This document shows, piece after piece, positions 8,139-17,735 of a stretch of DNA of 64,000 nt. Each line of letters opens with the position of its first letter. Position 1 is the first letter of the stretch. This DNA comes from Chloroflexota bacterium. GTDB lineage: Bacteria; Chloroflexota; Dehalococcoidia; Lucifugimonadales; JACPCL1. A program made the translations under genes and the position numbers. The DNA lies in contig JACPCL010000036.1 of assembly GCA_016179765.1 (NCBI GenBank), positions 13,916 through 77,915 on the forward strand, read 5' to 3'. The notes under the pieces are model-generated. The model was not told the DNA's origin, ran no database searches, and saw only the letters and a list, made by a program, of their open reading frames with translations.

Positions 8139-8983
8139 ACGACCTGGGGGGCCGCGTGGATGGCACTGGCGCCTCCACGGGCCCTGCCGATACCCTGGTG
8201 GCCGAGATACGCGCCGCCGGCGGCAAGGCCGTTCCCAACTACGACTCCGTCGCTACGATGGAAGGCGCCCAGAACATGGTGAAGGCCGCCCTGGACCACT
8301 TTGGCAACGTGGATATCCTGTGCCATGTGGCGGGTATCTTGCGGGACCGCATGGTGTTCAACATGGCGGAGGAGGAGTGGGACGCGGTGCTGCGGGTGCA
8401 CCTGTACGGCGCCTTCCACATGGTGCGTAACGTCGTGCCCCACATGATCAAGCAGCGATACGGACGCATCGTCATCTTCTCCTCGGGCTCCGGCCTGGGC
8501 AACTCCGGCCAGGCCAACTACGCCTCCGCCAAGGAGGGGCAGGTGGGCTTCTGCCGTGCCCTGGCCCGAGAGTTGGCCCCCTACGGCATCACCGTCAACG
8601 CCGTCTATCCCGGCGGCGACACGCGTATGACCCAGGGCATCCCAGACACCGCTCGCGAGATTCGCGCCCAGCGCGGCATCACCGCACGCCAGCAAGAGGT
8701 GCGGGAGGTGGAGAACCCCCGTGACCCAAACCGCAACGGCCCCAAGGTCGTCTACCTGTGTACCGAGGCCGCGGGCAACATCACCGGCCAGGTCGTCGGC
8801 ACCTCAGGGCTGCCCATGACTCTCTATTCGCCGCGCCACGTCTCCCGCGTCATCCACAAGGATGGACGCTGGACCCTGGACGAACTGGAGGTGCTGATGG
8901 GCAGCTCCATTACCCAGGGCATTCCCAACCCAGCGCCGGCGGCCCCGCCTCCTCAGCCCGCACCCACCGGCGCCCGGGCGTAA
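8129..8983 (+). CDS. SDR-family paralog lacking the N-terminal NAD(P)-binding Gly-rich motif (5'-truncated, possibly a pseudogene)
   Basis: Aligns to the upstream SDR from DLGGRVDGTGAS onward and keeps NYASAKEG and the PG motif. Its TTG start lies inside the Rep-B copy. Confidence 0.65.
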   Translation: MNPHDLGGRVDGTGASTGPADTLVAEIRAAGGKAVPNYDSVATMEGAQNMVKAALDHFGNVDILCHVAGILRDRMVFNMAEEEWDAVLRVHLYGAFHMVRNVVPHMIKQRYGRIVIFSSGSGLGNSGQANYASAKEGQVGFCRALARELAPYGITVNAVYPGGDTRMTQGIPDTAREIRAQRGITARQQEVREVENPRDPNRNGPKVVYLCTEAAGNITGQVVGTSGLPMTLYSPRHVSRVIHKDGRWTLDELEVLMGSSITQGIPNPAPAAPPPQPAPTGARA

Positions 8984-9017
8984 GCGCGAAACACGCGCAG
9001 GAACAACCCGCCAAGTT

Positions 9018-9079
9018 GCCCCTACGCCCAATGTCGCATATGCATGTGCGTAGGGGTACGACATATTGTGCCCCTATCG
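9018..9079. repeat. Rep-C palindrome (GTAGGGG...CCCCTAC type)
   Basis: CCCCTACGC...GCGTAGGGG, plus an overlapping TAGGGG...CCCCTA pairing. Confidence 0.6.
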
Positions 9080-9103
9080 TAAACCTGTTGGGGGGACCTT
9101 CCC

Positions 9104-9775
9104 TTGCCCCTGTATGACTTCCATACCCACACCTTTCTGAGCGACGGCGTGCTCTCCCCCATGGAGCTGATCCGCCGCGCCCACGTCCAGGGCTACCGGG
9201 CCATCGGCGTCACCGACCACGTGGGCCTGGCGGACCAGGAGCGGGTCATCCCCATCCTGGTGGAGGAGTGCCAGCGCGCCATGTCCCACTGGGACATCAT
9301 CGCTATCCCTGGGGTGGAGATAACCCACGTGCCGCCGGCCCTCATACCGGAAGCGGCGGAGCGGGCCAGGGGGTTGGGGGCCCGGCTGGTGGTGGTACAC
9401 GGCCAGACCATCACGGAGCCGGTGGAGCCAGGCACCAACAAAGGGGCGCTGGCATCGGGGAAGGTGGACGTAGTGGCCCATCCGGGGCTGGTGACGGCGG
9501 AGGAGTCGCAGCTTGCGGCAAAGAACGGTGTATACCTGGAGGTGTCCGCCAGGAAGGGGCATGGGCTTGCCAACGGCCACGTGGTCAGGCAGGCCCAGGC
9601 AGCGGGCGCAAAGCTTCTCTTAGACTCGGACGCGCACAGTCCAGAGGATTTACTGTCCGAGGAGTGGGTGCAGCAGGTAGCAAGAGGGGCTGGCTTGGAG
9701 GGGGAGGACCTGTACGCCGTCCTGGAGGCAAACCCCAAGAAGCTCCTGGAGAAGCTGGGCTATCGCCTCACCTAG
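9104..9775 (+). CDS. PHP-domain metal-dependent phosphoesterase
   Basis: N-terminal DFHTHTFLSDG plus GVTDH and DSDAH motifs. TTG start. Confidence 0.8.
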   Translation: MPLYDFHTHTFLSDGVLSPMELIRRAHVQGYRAIGVTDHVGLADQERVIPILVEECQRAMSHWDIIAIPGVEITHVPPALIPEAAERARGLGARLVVVHGQTITEPVEPGTNKGALASGKVDVVAHPGLVTAEESQLAAKNGVYLEVSARKGHGLANGHVVRQAQAAGAKLLLDSDAHSPEDLLSEEWVQQVARGAGLEGEDLYAVLEANPKKLLEKLGYRLT

Positions 9776-9819
9776 CCCCTCTGCACCATGTAGAGATTTT
9801 AGGAGACTTAGCCCCGGCC

Positions 9820-9960
9820 TTACGCCTTGCCTATGCGAAAGACCTTGGTACCGCACACCGAGCAGGTGCCCTGGGTAGCGGGCCGGCCATTCTTCAACGT
9901 GACGCCCCTCGGGTTGCGGATGGCTCGCTTGGCCCGGCACTTGAAGCAATAGGCATCCAT
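9820..9960 (-). CDS. 46-aa zinc-ribbon protein (DUF5679-like), below ORF-track cutoff
   Basis: GGAGGT then ATG 9960. Translation: MDAYCFKCRAKRAIRNPRGVTLKNGRPATQGTCSVCGTKVFRIGKA, with CxxC...CxxC. Confidence 0.65.
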   Translation of the reverse strand: MDAYCFKCRAKRAIRNPRGVTLKNGRPATQGTCSVCGTKVFRIGKA

Positions 9961-10131
9961 AGGTGGGACCTCCTTCTCAGATTGAGACAGACGATATATC
10001 GTAGCTATCAGATTGTCAAGAACTTTCGGGCGTTTACACAGACATTTTGCGAAAATTGCCCAGCACAGGCTGTGAAAAGGGAACGTGGGGATAGTCGGAA
10101 GAGTTTTTCAGTACAGCTGAGGGAGGCTGCC

Positions 10132-10503
10132 ATGTCCTACAGGGTCAACCACCTGCACCTCAAGAGCCCAGACCCCCAGAAGACGGCCCGATGGTACATT
10201 GACTACCTGGGCGCTACGGTTGTTGCGGAAAACCGCGCCACGGATGGCCGCATCACCTCCTACCGCCTGGACCTGCACGGCGTGCCCATGAACGTGACCG
10301 GTCTCGTTGAAGGGCAGAAGCTGGACCAGCACTGGGGCCTTGAGCACCTGGCCATTGACGCCAGCAACTTTGACGCCGAGGTGGCCCGCATCAAGGCCAG
10401 CGGCGCCCGGGTGCTGGAGGAGCGCCTCCTGGCCGATGGCCGCCGCGTCTGCTTCTTTGAGGGGCCAGAAGGGGTGCGCCTGGAGTTTATGGAGATGCGG
10501 TAG
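10132..10503 (+). CDS. VOC (glyoxalase/bleomycin-resistance/dioxygenase) family protein
   Basis: Only the last 123 codons of track ORF 9268..10503. GAGGGAGG precedes ATG 10132. NHLHLKSPDP...GLEHLAI. Paralog of 15879..16280. Confidence 0.8.
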   Translation: MSYRVNHLHLKSPDPQKTARWYIDYLGATVVAENRATDGRITSYRLDLHGVPMNVTGLVEGQKLDQHWGLEHLAIDASNFDAEVARIKASGARVLEERLLADGRRVCFFEGPEGVRLEFMEMR

Positions 10504-10561
10504 ATGCAAAGCGCTGTCCTTCTCCGGCGTCAGGAGGGGAACGTTTGGTTGGATGGAGAGG

Positions 10562-10942
10562 CTACCGGCAACAATGCTCGTTATCACTGGTTGGAAGGGC
10601 GTCTAACTTCCCTTCAAACTGTAGTTTCTTGTTTTTGAAGGCGAGCAAGATACCTGCACCTTCCATAGCCTGCATGCTGTCTACCGTATCCTTGAACGCA
10701 GAAAGACTGCTGGGAAATTCCTCCTCTACGTGCCACACCTCCTCATCATTCTGTGTTGCCTCCTCAATCTCTTCAATCTCTGCTAAGGCCCCCGCCTCGG
10801 CCTCCAGCAATGCCCAATACAGGAACTCATTCAATGCCTCTGTGTAGGTTACATCTTCGTTTCGCCCTAGCAGGAGCTTTGCCTGGTAGATGCGGATAAG
10901 TCGGTCAATTTCTGGAAGAATAGTAACTGTAACCCTTGGCAT
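10562..10942 (-). CDS. hypothetical protein with ribbon-helix-helix-like N-terminus
   Basis: 126-codon ORF in a lower-GC islet. N-terminus PRVTVTILPEIDRLIRIYQAK resembles CopG/Arc RHH. Acidic middle region. Confidence 0.45.
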   Translation of the reverse strand: MPRVTVTILPEIDRLIRIYQAKLLLGRNEDVTYTEALNEFLYWALLEAEAGALAEIEEIEEATQNDEEVWHVEEEFPSSLSAFKDTVDSMQAMEGAGILLAFKNKKLQFEGKLDALPTSDNEHCCR

Positions 10943-10964
10943 GATTCACCTCTAATGCTTAGCG

Positions 10965-10979
10965 TCTAAGAATCTTAGA
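10965..10979. promoter_or_regulatory. operator-like inverted repeat TCTAAGA-A-TCTTAGA
   Basis: Perfect 7-1-7 inverted repeat 23 nt upstream of the RHH-like gene start, in the divergent intergenic region. Confidence 0.4.
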
Positions 10980-11008
10980 ATCTTGGCTGCGATTTGTCAA
11001 TGGACTTC

Positions 11009-11037
11009 TTGCAGATTGTGTCAAATTGATGTATATT
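11009..11037 (+). promoter_or_regulatory. candidate higBA promoter TTGCAG-17-TATATT
   Basis: TTGCAG at 11009-11014, 17-nt spacer, TATATT at 11032-11037, 22 nt before the higB ATG. Confidence 0.45.
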
Positions 11038-11058
11038 CACCCATAAGGTGATGCCCTG

Positions 11059-11355
11059 ATGGACTTGACTTTTGCTTCCAGGCAGTTGGAGCGGTGCTAT
11101 ACTGACGAAGTTGAGGCAGCGCGCACTTGGGGACCGCAAGTGGGACGCAGATACATTGAGCGCGTTACGCTCCTGTACAAAGTGCGGAGCTTGCAGGAAC
11201 TCATGACCTTCAGGGCGCTCAGGCTCCATCCGTTGAAAGGCGACCGGGCCAACCAGTGGGCCATGATGTTGCAAGGGCGTTGGCGGCTCATCGTTGAGCT
11301 TCAGGATGCGAGGACGCTGGTTATCAGGGAGGTTACAAACCACTATGGCGACTAG
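11059..11355 (+). CDS. higB: HigB-like toxin (RelE/ParE superfamily, plasmid maintenance killer type)
   Basis: 98 aa. Pattern LHPLKGDRANQWAMMLQGRWRLIVEL...IREVTNHY is typical of HigB. Overlaps the downstream XRE antitoxin gene. Confidence 0.7.
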   Translation: MDLTFASRQLERCYTDEVEAARTWGPQVGRRYIERVTLLYKVRSLQELMTFRALRLHPLKGDRANQWAMMLQGRWRLIVELQDARTLVIREVTNHYGD

Positions 11356-11629
11356 CACACCATTGCAAACGAACGCTGTCATACCACCCGGTGAATTGCT
11401 CCGAGAAGAGCTAGAAGCCAGGGGCATGACCCAGAAGCAGTTGGCTCAGACCATCGGCAGGCCAGCCCAACTCATCAGTGAGATTTGCAGGGGGAAGAAG
11501 GAGATCACTGCGGAAACTGCCCTGGATCTGGAGAAGGCTCTGGGCACCCCTGCCTATATGTGGATTGCCCTGGAAGGTGACTACCGGCTCGCCCTCGCCC
11601 GCAAGAGAAGGCAAAGCGCTGCGGGATAG
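11345..11629 (+). CDS. higA: HigA-family antitoxin (XRE HTH)
   Basis: PPGELLREELEARGMTQKQLAQTIGRPAQLISEICRGKKEITAETALDLEKALG is the canonical HigA HTH. ATG 11345 overlaps the higB stop. Confidence 0.8.
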   Translation: MATSTPLQTNAVIPPGELLREELEARGMTQKQLAQTIGRPAQLISEICRGKKEITAETALDLEKALGTPAYMWIALEGDYRLALARKRRQSAAG

Positions 11630-11639
11630 ACGCAAGAAA

Positions 11640-11675
11640 CCAAGAAACCCTGGACGTACGTCCAGGGTTTCTTGG
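11640..11675. terminator. terminator hairpin
   Basis: CCAAGAAACCCTGGACG / CGTCCAGGGTTTCTTGG, between convergent higA and clpC. Confidence 0.65.
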
Positions 11676-11688
11676 TTATGCCGGCTCT

Positions 11689-11717
11689 GAAAACCCAGGG
11701 CTAAAGCCCTGGGTTTC
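11689..11717. terminator. terminator hairpin
   Basis: GAAAACCCAGGGC-taaa-GCCCTGGGTTTC. Confidence 0.6.
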
Positions 11718-11740
11718 TTGCTAGTGCTTGGCCGTAGCCT

Positions 11741-14227
11741 TTACACCACCTCTGCCGGCGACTTCACTTTCACCACCGTCTTGCCCTCCTCCACGTCTAT
11801 GACCACGGTGTCGCCGGGGCCGAACTTGCCGCCCAGAAGCTCCTCGGACAGGCAGTCCTCCACGTGCTCCTGGATCTGGCGGCGCAGGGGCCGCGCGCCA
11901 AAGTTAGGGTCAAACCCCTTCTCTGCCAGAAAGTCCTTCGCGGCCTGGGTCATCTCCAGGGTCACGCCCTTGCCCAGGAGCTGCTTGCCCACTTCGGAGA
12001 CCATCAGGTCTACGATCTGCATGATGTGCTCTTTGCTGAGAGCGTGGAAGACCAGGCTGCCGTCTATGCGGTTCAAGAACTCAGGCCGGAAGAACCGTTT
12101 CACCTCGTCCAGCACCTTGCTCTTCATGCTCTCATAGGCCTGCTCCGCCGACTTGGCCTCGTCCCTGCTGGTGGTGGAGAAACCCATGAACTGCTCCTTG
12201 CGGATGAGGTCCGAGCCGATGTTGCTGGTCATGACGATGATGGTGTTGCGGAAGTCCACCTTACGGCCCTTGGCGTCGGTCAGATGCCCATCGTCAAAGA
12301 TCTGGAGCAGGATGTTGAAGACGTCCGGGTGGGCCTTCTCAATCTCGTCCAAGAGGATGGCGCAGTACCCCTTGCGGCGGACGGCCTCGGTAAGCTGGCC
12401 GCCATCGTCGTAGCCGATGTAGCCAGGGGGCGCGCCCACCAGGCGGGCGACGGTGTGTCGCTCCATGAACTCGCTCATGTCCAGGCGCACCATGCTGTCC
12501 TCGCTGCCGAACATGAACTCCGCCAGGGCGCGCACCAGGTAGGTCTTGCCGACGCCGGTAGGGCCAAGGAAGAGGAAGACGCCAATGGGCCGGCGCGGGT
12601 CCTTCAGGCCGGCGCGGGCGCGGCGCACCGCCTTGGCGATGGCAACGATGGCCTCGTCCTGGCCCACCACCTTGTGGTGCAGCGCGTCCTCCATCTGGAG
12701 CAGGCGCTGGCTCTCCTCCGTTGCCAGGCGCGTGATGGGGATGCCTGTCCACATGGCGGCAACTTCGGCCACGTCATCGGCGGTCACCATGGGCACGGTG
12801 TTGTCCTCTTGCTTGCCGCCGTCGTGCCACTCCTTCTCCAACTGCTCCAGATTCTCCTTCAGGGTCTTCTCCCGCTGTTGCAGCTCTGTGGCAAACTCGT
12901 ACTGCTGGTTGGCCAGGGCCTCGTCTTTATCCTTGCGGACCTTCTCCAGGACCTTGGTCACCTCTTTGACGGAGAGTGGCATGGTGGTCTTGCGGATGCG
13001 GACGCGGCTGGAGGCCTCGTCAACCAGGTCAATGGCCTTGTCCGGCAGGAACCTGTCGGATATGTACCGAGAAGACAGATGGGCCGCGGCCTCCAGGGCC
13101 TCGTCCTCTATCTTCAAGTGGTGGTGGCCTTCGTACCTGTGCCTGATGCCCCTGAGGATCTCAATAGTCTCCTCAACGGTAGGCTCAGTGACGTTGATCG
13201 GTTGGAAGCGGCGCTCCAGGGCGGGGTCCCGCTCCACGTACTTGCGATAGTCGTCCAGGGTAGTGGCGCCGATGCACTGCAGCTCACCCCTGGCCAGTGA
13301 GGGTTTCAGGATGTTGGCGGCGTCCACGGCGCCCTCTGCGGCGCCTGCGCCCACCATGGTGTGCATCTCGTCAATGAAGAGAATGCAGTTGCCGGAGCTC
13401 TTGATCTCCTCAATGACCTTCTTCAGGCGCTCCTCAAACTCGCCCCGGTACTTGGTGCCGGCCACCAGCACGCCCATATCCAGGGTGACGACGCGCTTGC
13501 GCTGGAGGCCCTCCGGCACGTCACCGCTGATGATGCGCTGGGCCAGCGCCTCTACAATGGCGGTCTTGCCAACACCTGGCTCGCCAATGAGCACCGGGTT
13601 GTTCTTGGTGCGGCGGCTCAGGATCTGGACCACCCGCTGGATCTCTTTGCTTCGCCCCACCACGGGGTCCAGCTTGTCGTTGCGGGCCATCTGGGTAAGG
13701 TCAATGCCAAGCTGGTCAAGGGTGGGAGTGCGGCTGGCGCTCCTACCCTGGGGATGCTGGCCACTTTGGGCCACGTTCTGGCTCAGGATGCGGTTGGTCT
13801 CGGTGCGCACCTTCTCCAGGCTGACGCCCAGGCTCTCCAGGACACCAGCGGCTACCCCTTCCCCCTCGCGCATGAGGCCGATGAGAAGGTGCTCCGTGCC
13901 GATGTAGTGGTGATTCAGACGACGGGCCTCGTCCACCGCCAGTTCAATCACCTTCTTAGCCCTGGGGGTAAGGCCAATCTCGCCCGGGGCGGGCCGGCGC
14001 TCTCCCCGTCCGATGATGAACTCCACCGCCGAGCGGACCTTGCTGAGCTCTACCGAGAGGTTGGTCAGCACCCGCGCCGCCACCCCATCGGTCTCGCGCA
14101 CCAGGCCCAGGAGGATGTGCTCGGTGCCAATGTAGTTGTGGTTGAAGCGCTGAGCTTCTTCCTGGGCAAGGGAGAGGACCCTCCGTGCCCGCTCAGAGAA
14201 CTTCTCAAATCTGCTAGCCATATACAT
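11741..14227 (-). CDS. clpC: ATP-dependent Clp protease ATP-binding subunit ClpC
   Basis: Two Clp_N repeats, two AAA+ modules ([16 protein letters not shown]), a UVR-like linker, and C-terminal ClpB_D2-small. Confidence 0.95.
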   Translation of the reverse strand: MYMASRFEKFSERARRVLSLAQEEAQRFNHNYIGTEHILLGLVRETDGVAARVLTNLSVELSKVRSAVEFIIGRGERRPAPGEIGLTPRAKKVIELAVDEARRLNHHYIGTEHLLIGLMREGEGVAAGVLESLGVSLEKVRTETNRILSQNVAQSGQHPQGRSASRTPTLDQLGIDLTQMARNDKLDPVVGRSKEIQRVVQILSRRTKNNPVLIGEPGVGKTAIVEALAQRIISGDVPEGLQRKRVVTLDMGVLVAGTKYRGEFEERLKKVIEEIKSSGNCILFIDEMHTMVGAGAAEGAVDAANILKPSLARGELQCIGATTLDDYRKYVERDPALERRFQPINVTEPTVEETIEILRGIRHRYEGHHHLKIEDEALEAAAHLSSRYISDRFLPDKAIDLVDEASSRVRIRKTTMPLSVKEVTKVLEKVRKDKDEALANQQYEFATELQQREKTLKENLEQLEKEWHDGGKQEDNTVPMVTADDVAEVAAMWTGIPITRLATEESQRLLQMEDALHHKVVGQDEAIVAIAKAVRRARAGLKDPRRPIGVFLFLGPTGVGKTYLVRALAEFMFGSEDSMVRLDMSEFMERHTVARLVGAPPGYIGYDDGGQLTEAVRRKGYCAILLDEIEKAHPDVFNILLQIFDDGHLTDAKGRKVDFRNTIIVMTSNIGSDLIRKEQFMGFSTTSRDEAKSAEQAYESMKSKVLDEVKRFFRPEFLNRIDGSLVFHALSKEHIMQIVDLMVSEVGKQLLGKGVTLEMTQAAKDFLAEKGFDPNFGARPLRRQIQEHVEDCLSEELLGGKFGPGDTVVIDVEEGKTVVKVKSPAEVV

Positions 14228-14266
14228 GCCCTCCTGTTAGTGTGGGCGCAGAATGAGCAAACCCGA

Positions 14267-15397
14267 CTAGACCTCTGGCGTCCAGGGGTCCAGGGCTTGC
14301 TTGAGGCTGAGTCCCAGTCGCCTGCGCTCTGGCTCAATCTTGATGATCATGAGCTTGAGCTGGTCTCCTACGTTCACCACCTCTTTGGGGTGCTGGATGA
14401 TTCGGTCGCTGAGTTCTGAGATATGGATGAGTCCCTCAATGGAGTCTTCAATCCGGGCAAAGGCCCCAAAGTTGGTGAGCTTGGTGATGGAACCGTCCAC
14501 TACCTGGCCCACCTGGTACCGTTGAGGCACGGTAGCCCACGGTTCCGGCGCCAGCCGTCGGATGCTTAAGGCTATCTTCTTGTTTTCCTTGTCTACTTTC
14601 AAAATATAGACGTCTATCTCCGCCCCCGGTTTTACCACCTCCTCTGGCGAGCCGACCTGCGTCCACGCGAGCTCCGAGATGTGGACAAGGCCGTCTGCTC
14701 CTCCCAGGTCTACAAAGACGCCAAAGCTGGATATACCACTGACGCGCCCCTTGCGTACCTGGCCCTCCTGGAGCTCTTCCAGCAGCCGGGTCTTGTCCTG
14801 ATCCCGCTTTTGCTGAAGGGCCTGCCGCTCGGAAAGAATCACGCGGTTGCGCCGCCGGTTCACCTCCAAGAGCTGCGATTTGATGTTCTGGCCCACCCGC
14901 TGCGCCAGCACCTGCTCCTGGTCGCCAGCGTTGCGGTCTATGGGGGCTAGCTGGGACAGTGGGATGAACCCCTGCACCCCCTCCACGTCCACCACCACAC
15001 CACCCTTATTGTAGCCGGTGATGACCCCGTCCACTATCAGGTTGTTGTCCAGAGCGCGCTGCAGCACCACCCACCCCTGCTCGGAGCGAGCGCGGTCCAG
15101 GGAAAGGATGGCCGGGCCTTCCTCACTGTCCGGGCGGATCACGTAGGCATAAACCTCGTCGCCCCGGCTGAGCCGGCCCAACGCCTCTGGCGACAGGGTG
15201 CGCATCTCCCTGGGTGGAATGAGGCCGTCGGCCTTGTGGCCAATGTTGACCAGGACCCCATCCCCATCAATGCGCATCACCTCGCCGTTCACGATGTCTC
15301 CGCGCCGGACACTTTTTATCGGCTCGGAGTCCTTCAGCAAGTCGGCCATTGTTCCTGGCTCTAGGGGAGTGGTGGCCTTCTGGGTGGTGTACGTCAA
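14267..15397 (-). CDS. rpsA: 30S ribosomal protein S1 (four S1 domains)
   Basis: Repeated S1 motifs (GDIVNGEVMRID..GVLVNIG, GVITGYNKGGVVVDV, GRVSGISSFGVFVDLG, GSITKLTNFGAFARI). Confidence 0.9.
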   Translation of the reverse strand: MTYTTQKATTPLEPGTMADLLKDSEPIKSVRRGDIVNGEVMRIDGDGVLVNIGHKADGLIPPREMRTLSPEALGRLSRGDEVYAYVIRPDSEEGPAILSLDRARSEQGWVVLQRALDNNLIVDGVITGYNKGGVVVDVEGVQGFIPLSQLAPIDRNAGDQEQVLAQRVGQNIKSQLLEVNRRRNRVILSERQALQQKRDQDKTRLLEELQEGQVRKGRVSGISSFGVFVDLGGADGLVHISELAWTQVGSPEEVVKPGAEIDVYILKVDKENKKIALSIRRLAPEPWATVPQRYQVGQVVDGSITKLTNFGAFARIEDSIEGLIHISELSDRIIQHPKEVVNVGDQLKLMIIKIEPERRRLGLSLKQALDPWTPEV

Positions 15398-15528
15398 GAT
15401 AGTCCGTCACTTTACGAGATTCTAAGCACTATCAATTATGAGGGGTGACGGCAAAGCTGTAAAGGGTATAGCTGTGGAAGGGGAAGAAGCGCCCCTTTCC
15501 CCTTGGCCTGGGTCAGGGCTTTTGCTCC

Positions 15529-15787
15529 CCTAGCAGGCTGCGGAAAGGAAAAAGGGGGGTCCAGAGAGGGCTAAGCCCCCTCTGGCGGGGGACTGGGGGT
15601 GTCCCCCAGAGATACCCACTTAAGGCTTGCCCTCTCCATAACACGCGCTAAGGGGGGTCCAGCGGGGCAAAGCCCCGGAGCCTGCCCTGGTGAGCCGAAG
15701 CCCTGAACAACGTGAAGGGGCAGCGAAAGGGCGGGGGTCTGGGGGTGTCCCCCAGATACAAAGTCATCCCCGAAGGGGATGACTTTT
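15529..15787. repeat. Rep-B modular repeat, two tandem units
   Basis: CCTAGCAGGCTGCGGAAAGGAAAAAGGGGGGTCCAGAGAGGGCTAAGCCCCCTCTGG..GGGGGACTGGGGGTGTCCCCCAGAGATA, then a second unit GGGGGGTCCAGCGGGGCAAAGCCCC..GGGGGTCTGGGGGTGTCCCCCAGATACAAAGTCATCCCCGAAGGGGATGAC. Confidence 0.85.
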
Positions 15788-15878
15788 CCGAAGGCCTCCC
15801 GCCCAGAACGTGATACAGTATAGCGACGCCACCAAAGGACCGCGTCCGCAGGCATCTTACCGCACAGGAGCAGAGGGT

Positions 15879-16280
15879 ATGCCCTACGAGTTCAACCACG
15901 TGCACCTGAAAGCCTCCGATCCCAAGAAGACCGCCGACTGGTACGTTCAGGCCTTCAACTTCCGCATCCTCAGTGACACCGTGCGCCCCGTGGGCGACCG
16001 GTTCATTCGCTGCCAGACGGCGGACGGCGTCGGCGTCAACATCTCCGGCGCCCGCTCTGGGGAGCACCTGGACCCAGGCAACGCCAATGCCCACTGGGGC
16101 ATTGAACACTTCGGCGTGAACGTGGGGGATATGGAGGCGGAGATCCGGCGGCTGGTGGGCCTGGGCGCCAAGCTCCTGGAAGGGCCGAGCGGCAATCCGG
16201 GAGAGCTGCGCATCGCCTTTATCAAAGGCCCCGACGACACCCGCATTGAGCTCCTGCAACAGCCGCCCAGCCGGAGCTAG
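15879..16280 (+). CDS. VOC family protein (paralog of 10132..10503)
   Basis: ATG 15879 inside track ORF 15810..16280. FNHVHLKASDPKKTADWY...GIEHFGV. Confidence 0.8.
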   Translation: MPYEFNHVHLKASDPKKTADWYVQAFNFRILSDTVRPVGDRFIRCQTADGVGVNISGARSGEHLDPGNANAHWGIEHFGVNVGDMEAEIRRLVGLGAKLLEGPSGNPGELRIAFIKGPDDTRIELLQQPPSRS

Positions 16281-16291
16281 GGCAAGCCACC

Positions 16292-17692
16292 ATGTCCACC
16301 GCCGACCTCTGCTATCTCACCATCGCCGAAGCCGCCGCGCAGATGCGCGCCAAGAAGCTTTCGCCGGTGGAGCTGACCGCCGCCCACCTGGAGCGCATCT
16401 CTGCCCTGGACGGCACCCTCAACGCCTACATTACGGTGCTGGCGGAGCGGGCCATGGAGCAGGCCCGGGCCGCCGAGCGCGCCTTCGCCCGGGGCAGCGT
16501 CGCCTCCCCTTTGCAGGGCATCCCCCTGGCCGTCAAAGACCTGGTGTACACCAGGGGCATCCGCACCACCGCCGGCTCAAGGATTCTGGAGGACTTTGTC
16601 CCGGACTACGACGCCACCGTGATGGAGAAGCTGGAATCGGCGGGGGCGGTGCTTCTGGGCAAGCTGAACCTCCTGGAGTTCGCCATGGGCGGCACGATGA
16701 CCAACGTCCGCTTTGGGGCCACGCGCAACCCCTGGAACACGGCCCACTTCCCTGGCGGCTCAAGCTCCGGCTCCGGCTCCGGGGTGGCCGCGGGCCTGGC
16801 CATGGGGGCCATCGGCACCGATACCGGCGGCTCCATCCGTGGCCCCGCCCACAACTGCGGTATCCTCGGCCTCAAGCCCACCTACGGACGCGTCAGCCGC
16901 CACGGCGTCGTCCCCCTGAGCTGGTCCCTGGACCACGTTGGCCCCATGACCCGCACCGCCGAGGACTGCGCCCTTATGCTCCAGGCCATCGCCGGCCACG
17001 ACCCCAGGGAGCTGGCCTCCAGCGCCGCGCCCGTGGACGACTACACCGCCCACCTGAAGGACGGCGTCCGCGGCCTGCGGCTCGGCGTCCTGCGCAAGGA
17101 CGCCTTCCACGACCTGAGCGCCGACGTGGCCGCCGCCATAGAGTCGGCCCTGGGCCTCTTCGGCGAGCTGGGCGCGCGCAGCCACGACGTCTCCCTGGCC
17201 CACGACCTTGACGCCCGCACCCTCTACACGGCCATCGCCTACCCGGAGGCGACGGCCTACCATCTGGAGTGGATGAAGACCCGCATCCAGGAGTACGGCC
17301 CCAACTGCCGCAACCGCCTGGAACAGGGCCTGGGCCTGCTGGCCGTCCAGTACGTCCAGGCGCAGCGCGCCCGCAAGGTGCTGTATCAGGACTACATGGC
17401 CCTGTTTGACGATGTGGACCTGCTGGTAGCGCCCACAGCCCCTAACACCGCGCCGCGCCTGGACGCCGAGGCCGGCGGCACGGTCCCTGGCAGGGCGGCA
17501 GCCACCGGCGTCACCAATCCCGCCAACCTCACGGGGCTGCCCGCCCTGGCCCTGCCCATCGGCTTTGGCTCCGATGGCCTGCCCGTGTCCCTGCAGCTCA
17601 TCGCCCGCCCCTTTGACGAGGCCGCCATCCTGCGCGCCGCCCACGCCTACCAGCAGGCCGCCGGCTGGCATGGGAGAAGGCCAGGGGTGTAG
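16292..17692 (+). CDS. amidase-signature family amidase (GatA-like)
   Basis: GGSSSGSGSGVAAGLAMGAIGTDTGGSIRGPA amidase signature. KD and Ser-cisSer-Lys context. Confidence 0.9.
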   Translation: MSTADLCYLTIAEAAAQMRAKKLSPVELTAAHLERISALDGTLNAYITVLAERAMEQARAAERAFARGSVASPLQGIPLAVKDLVYTRGIRTTAGSRILEDFVPDYDATVMEKLESAGAVLLGKLNLLEFAMGGTMTNVRFGATRNPWNTAHFPGGSSSGSGSGVAAGLAMGAIGTDTGGSIRGPAHNCGILGLKPTYGRVSRHGVVPLSWSLDHVGPMTRTAEDCALMLQAIAGHDPRELASSAAPVDDYTAHLKDGVRGLRLGVLRKDAFHDLSADVAAAIESALGLFGELGARSHDVSLAHDLDARTLYTAIAYPEATAYHLEWMKTRIQEYGPNCRNRLEQGLGLLAVQYVQAQRARKVLYQDYMALFDDVDLLVAPTAPNTAPRLDAEAGGTVPGRAAATGVTNPANLTGLPALALPIGFGSDGLPVSLQLIARPFDEAAILRAAHAYQQAAGWHGRRPGV

Positions 17693-17735
17693 TCAAGGAC
17701 AGGTTGCCGGTCCCAGGGGGTAAGGCGACAACGCC

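Noticed and set aside
9268-10131. N-terminal 288 codons of the 411-aa track ORF 9268..10503
   Set aside because: They overlap the PHP gene out of frame and the minus-strand DUF5679 gene, and the translation is Gly/Arg/Pro low-complexity. Only the last 123 codons (VOC protein, with its own RBS and ATG at 10132) look real.
11864-13300. 478-aa ORF on the plus strand
   Set aside because: It lies entirely antisense to clpC, whose identity is unambiguous. Its composition (Ala/Gly/His/Leu/Val-rich, no recognisable motifs) is typical of a high-GC shadow frame.
15529-15787. Possible CRISPR array suggested by recurring hairpin repeats here and at other Rep-B loci
   Set aside because: The repeats are not regularly spaced with unique spacers. 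Copies are dispersed singly across the window, differ in module content, and no cas genes are present.
16246-17211. 321-aa ORF in an alternative plus-strand frame over the amidase gene
   Set aside because: Arg/Pro/Gly-rich frame overlapping a gene with a clear amidase signature. Spurious.
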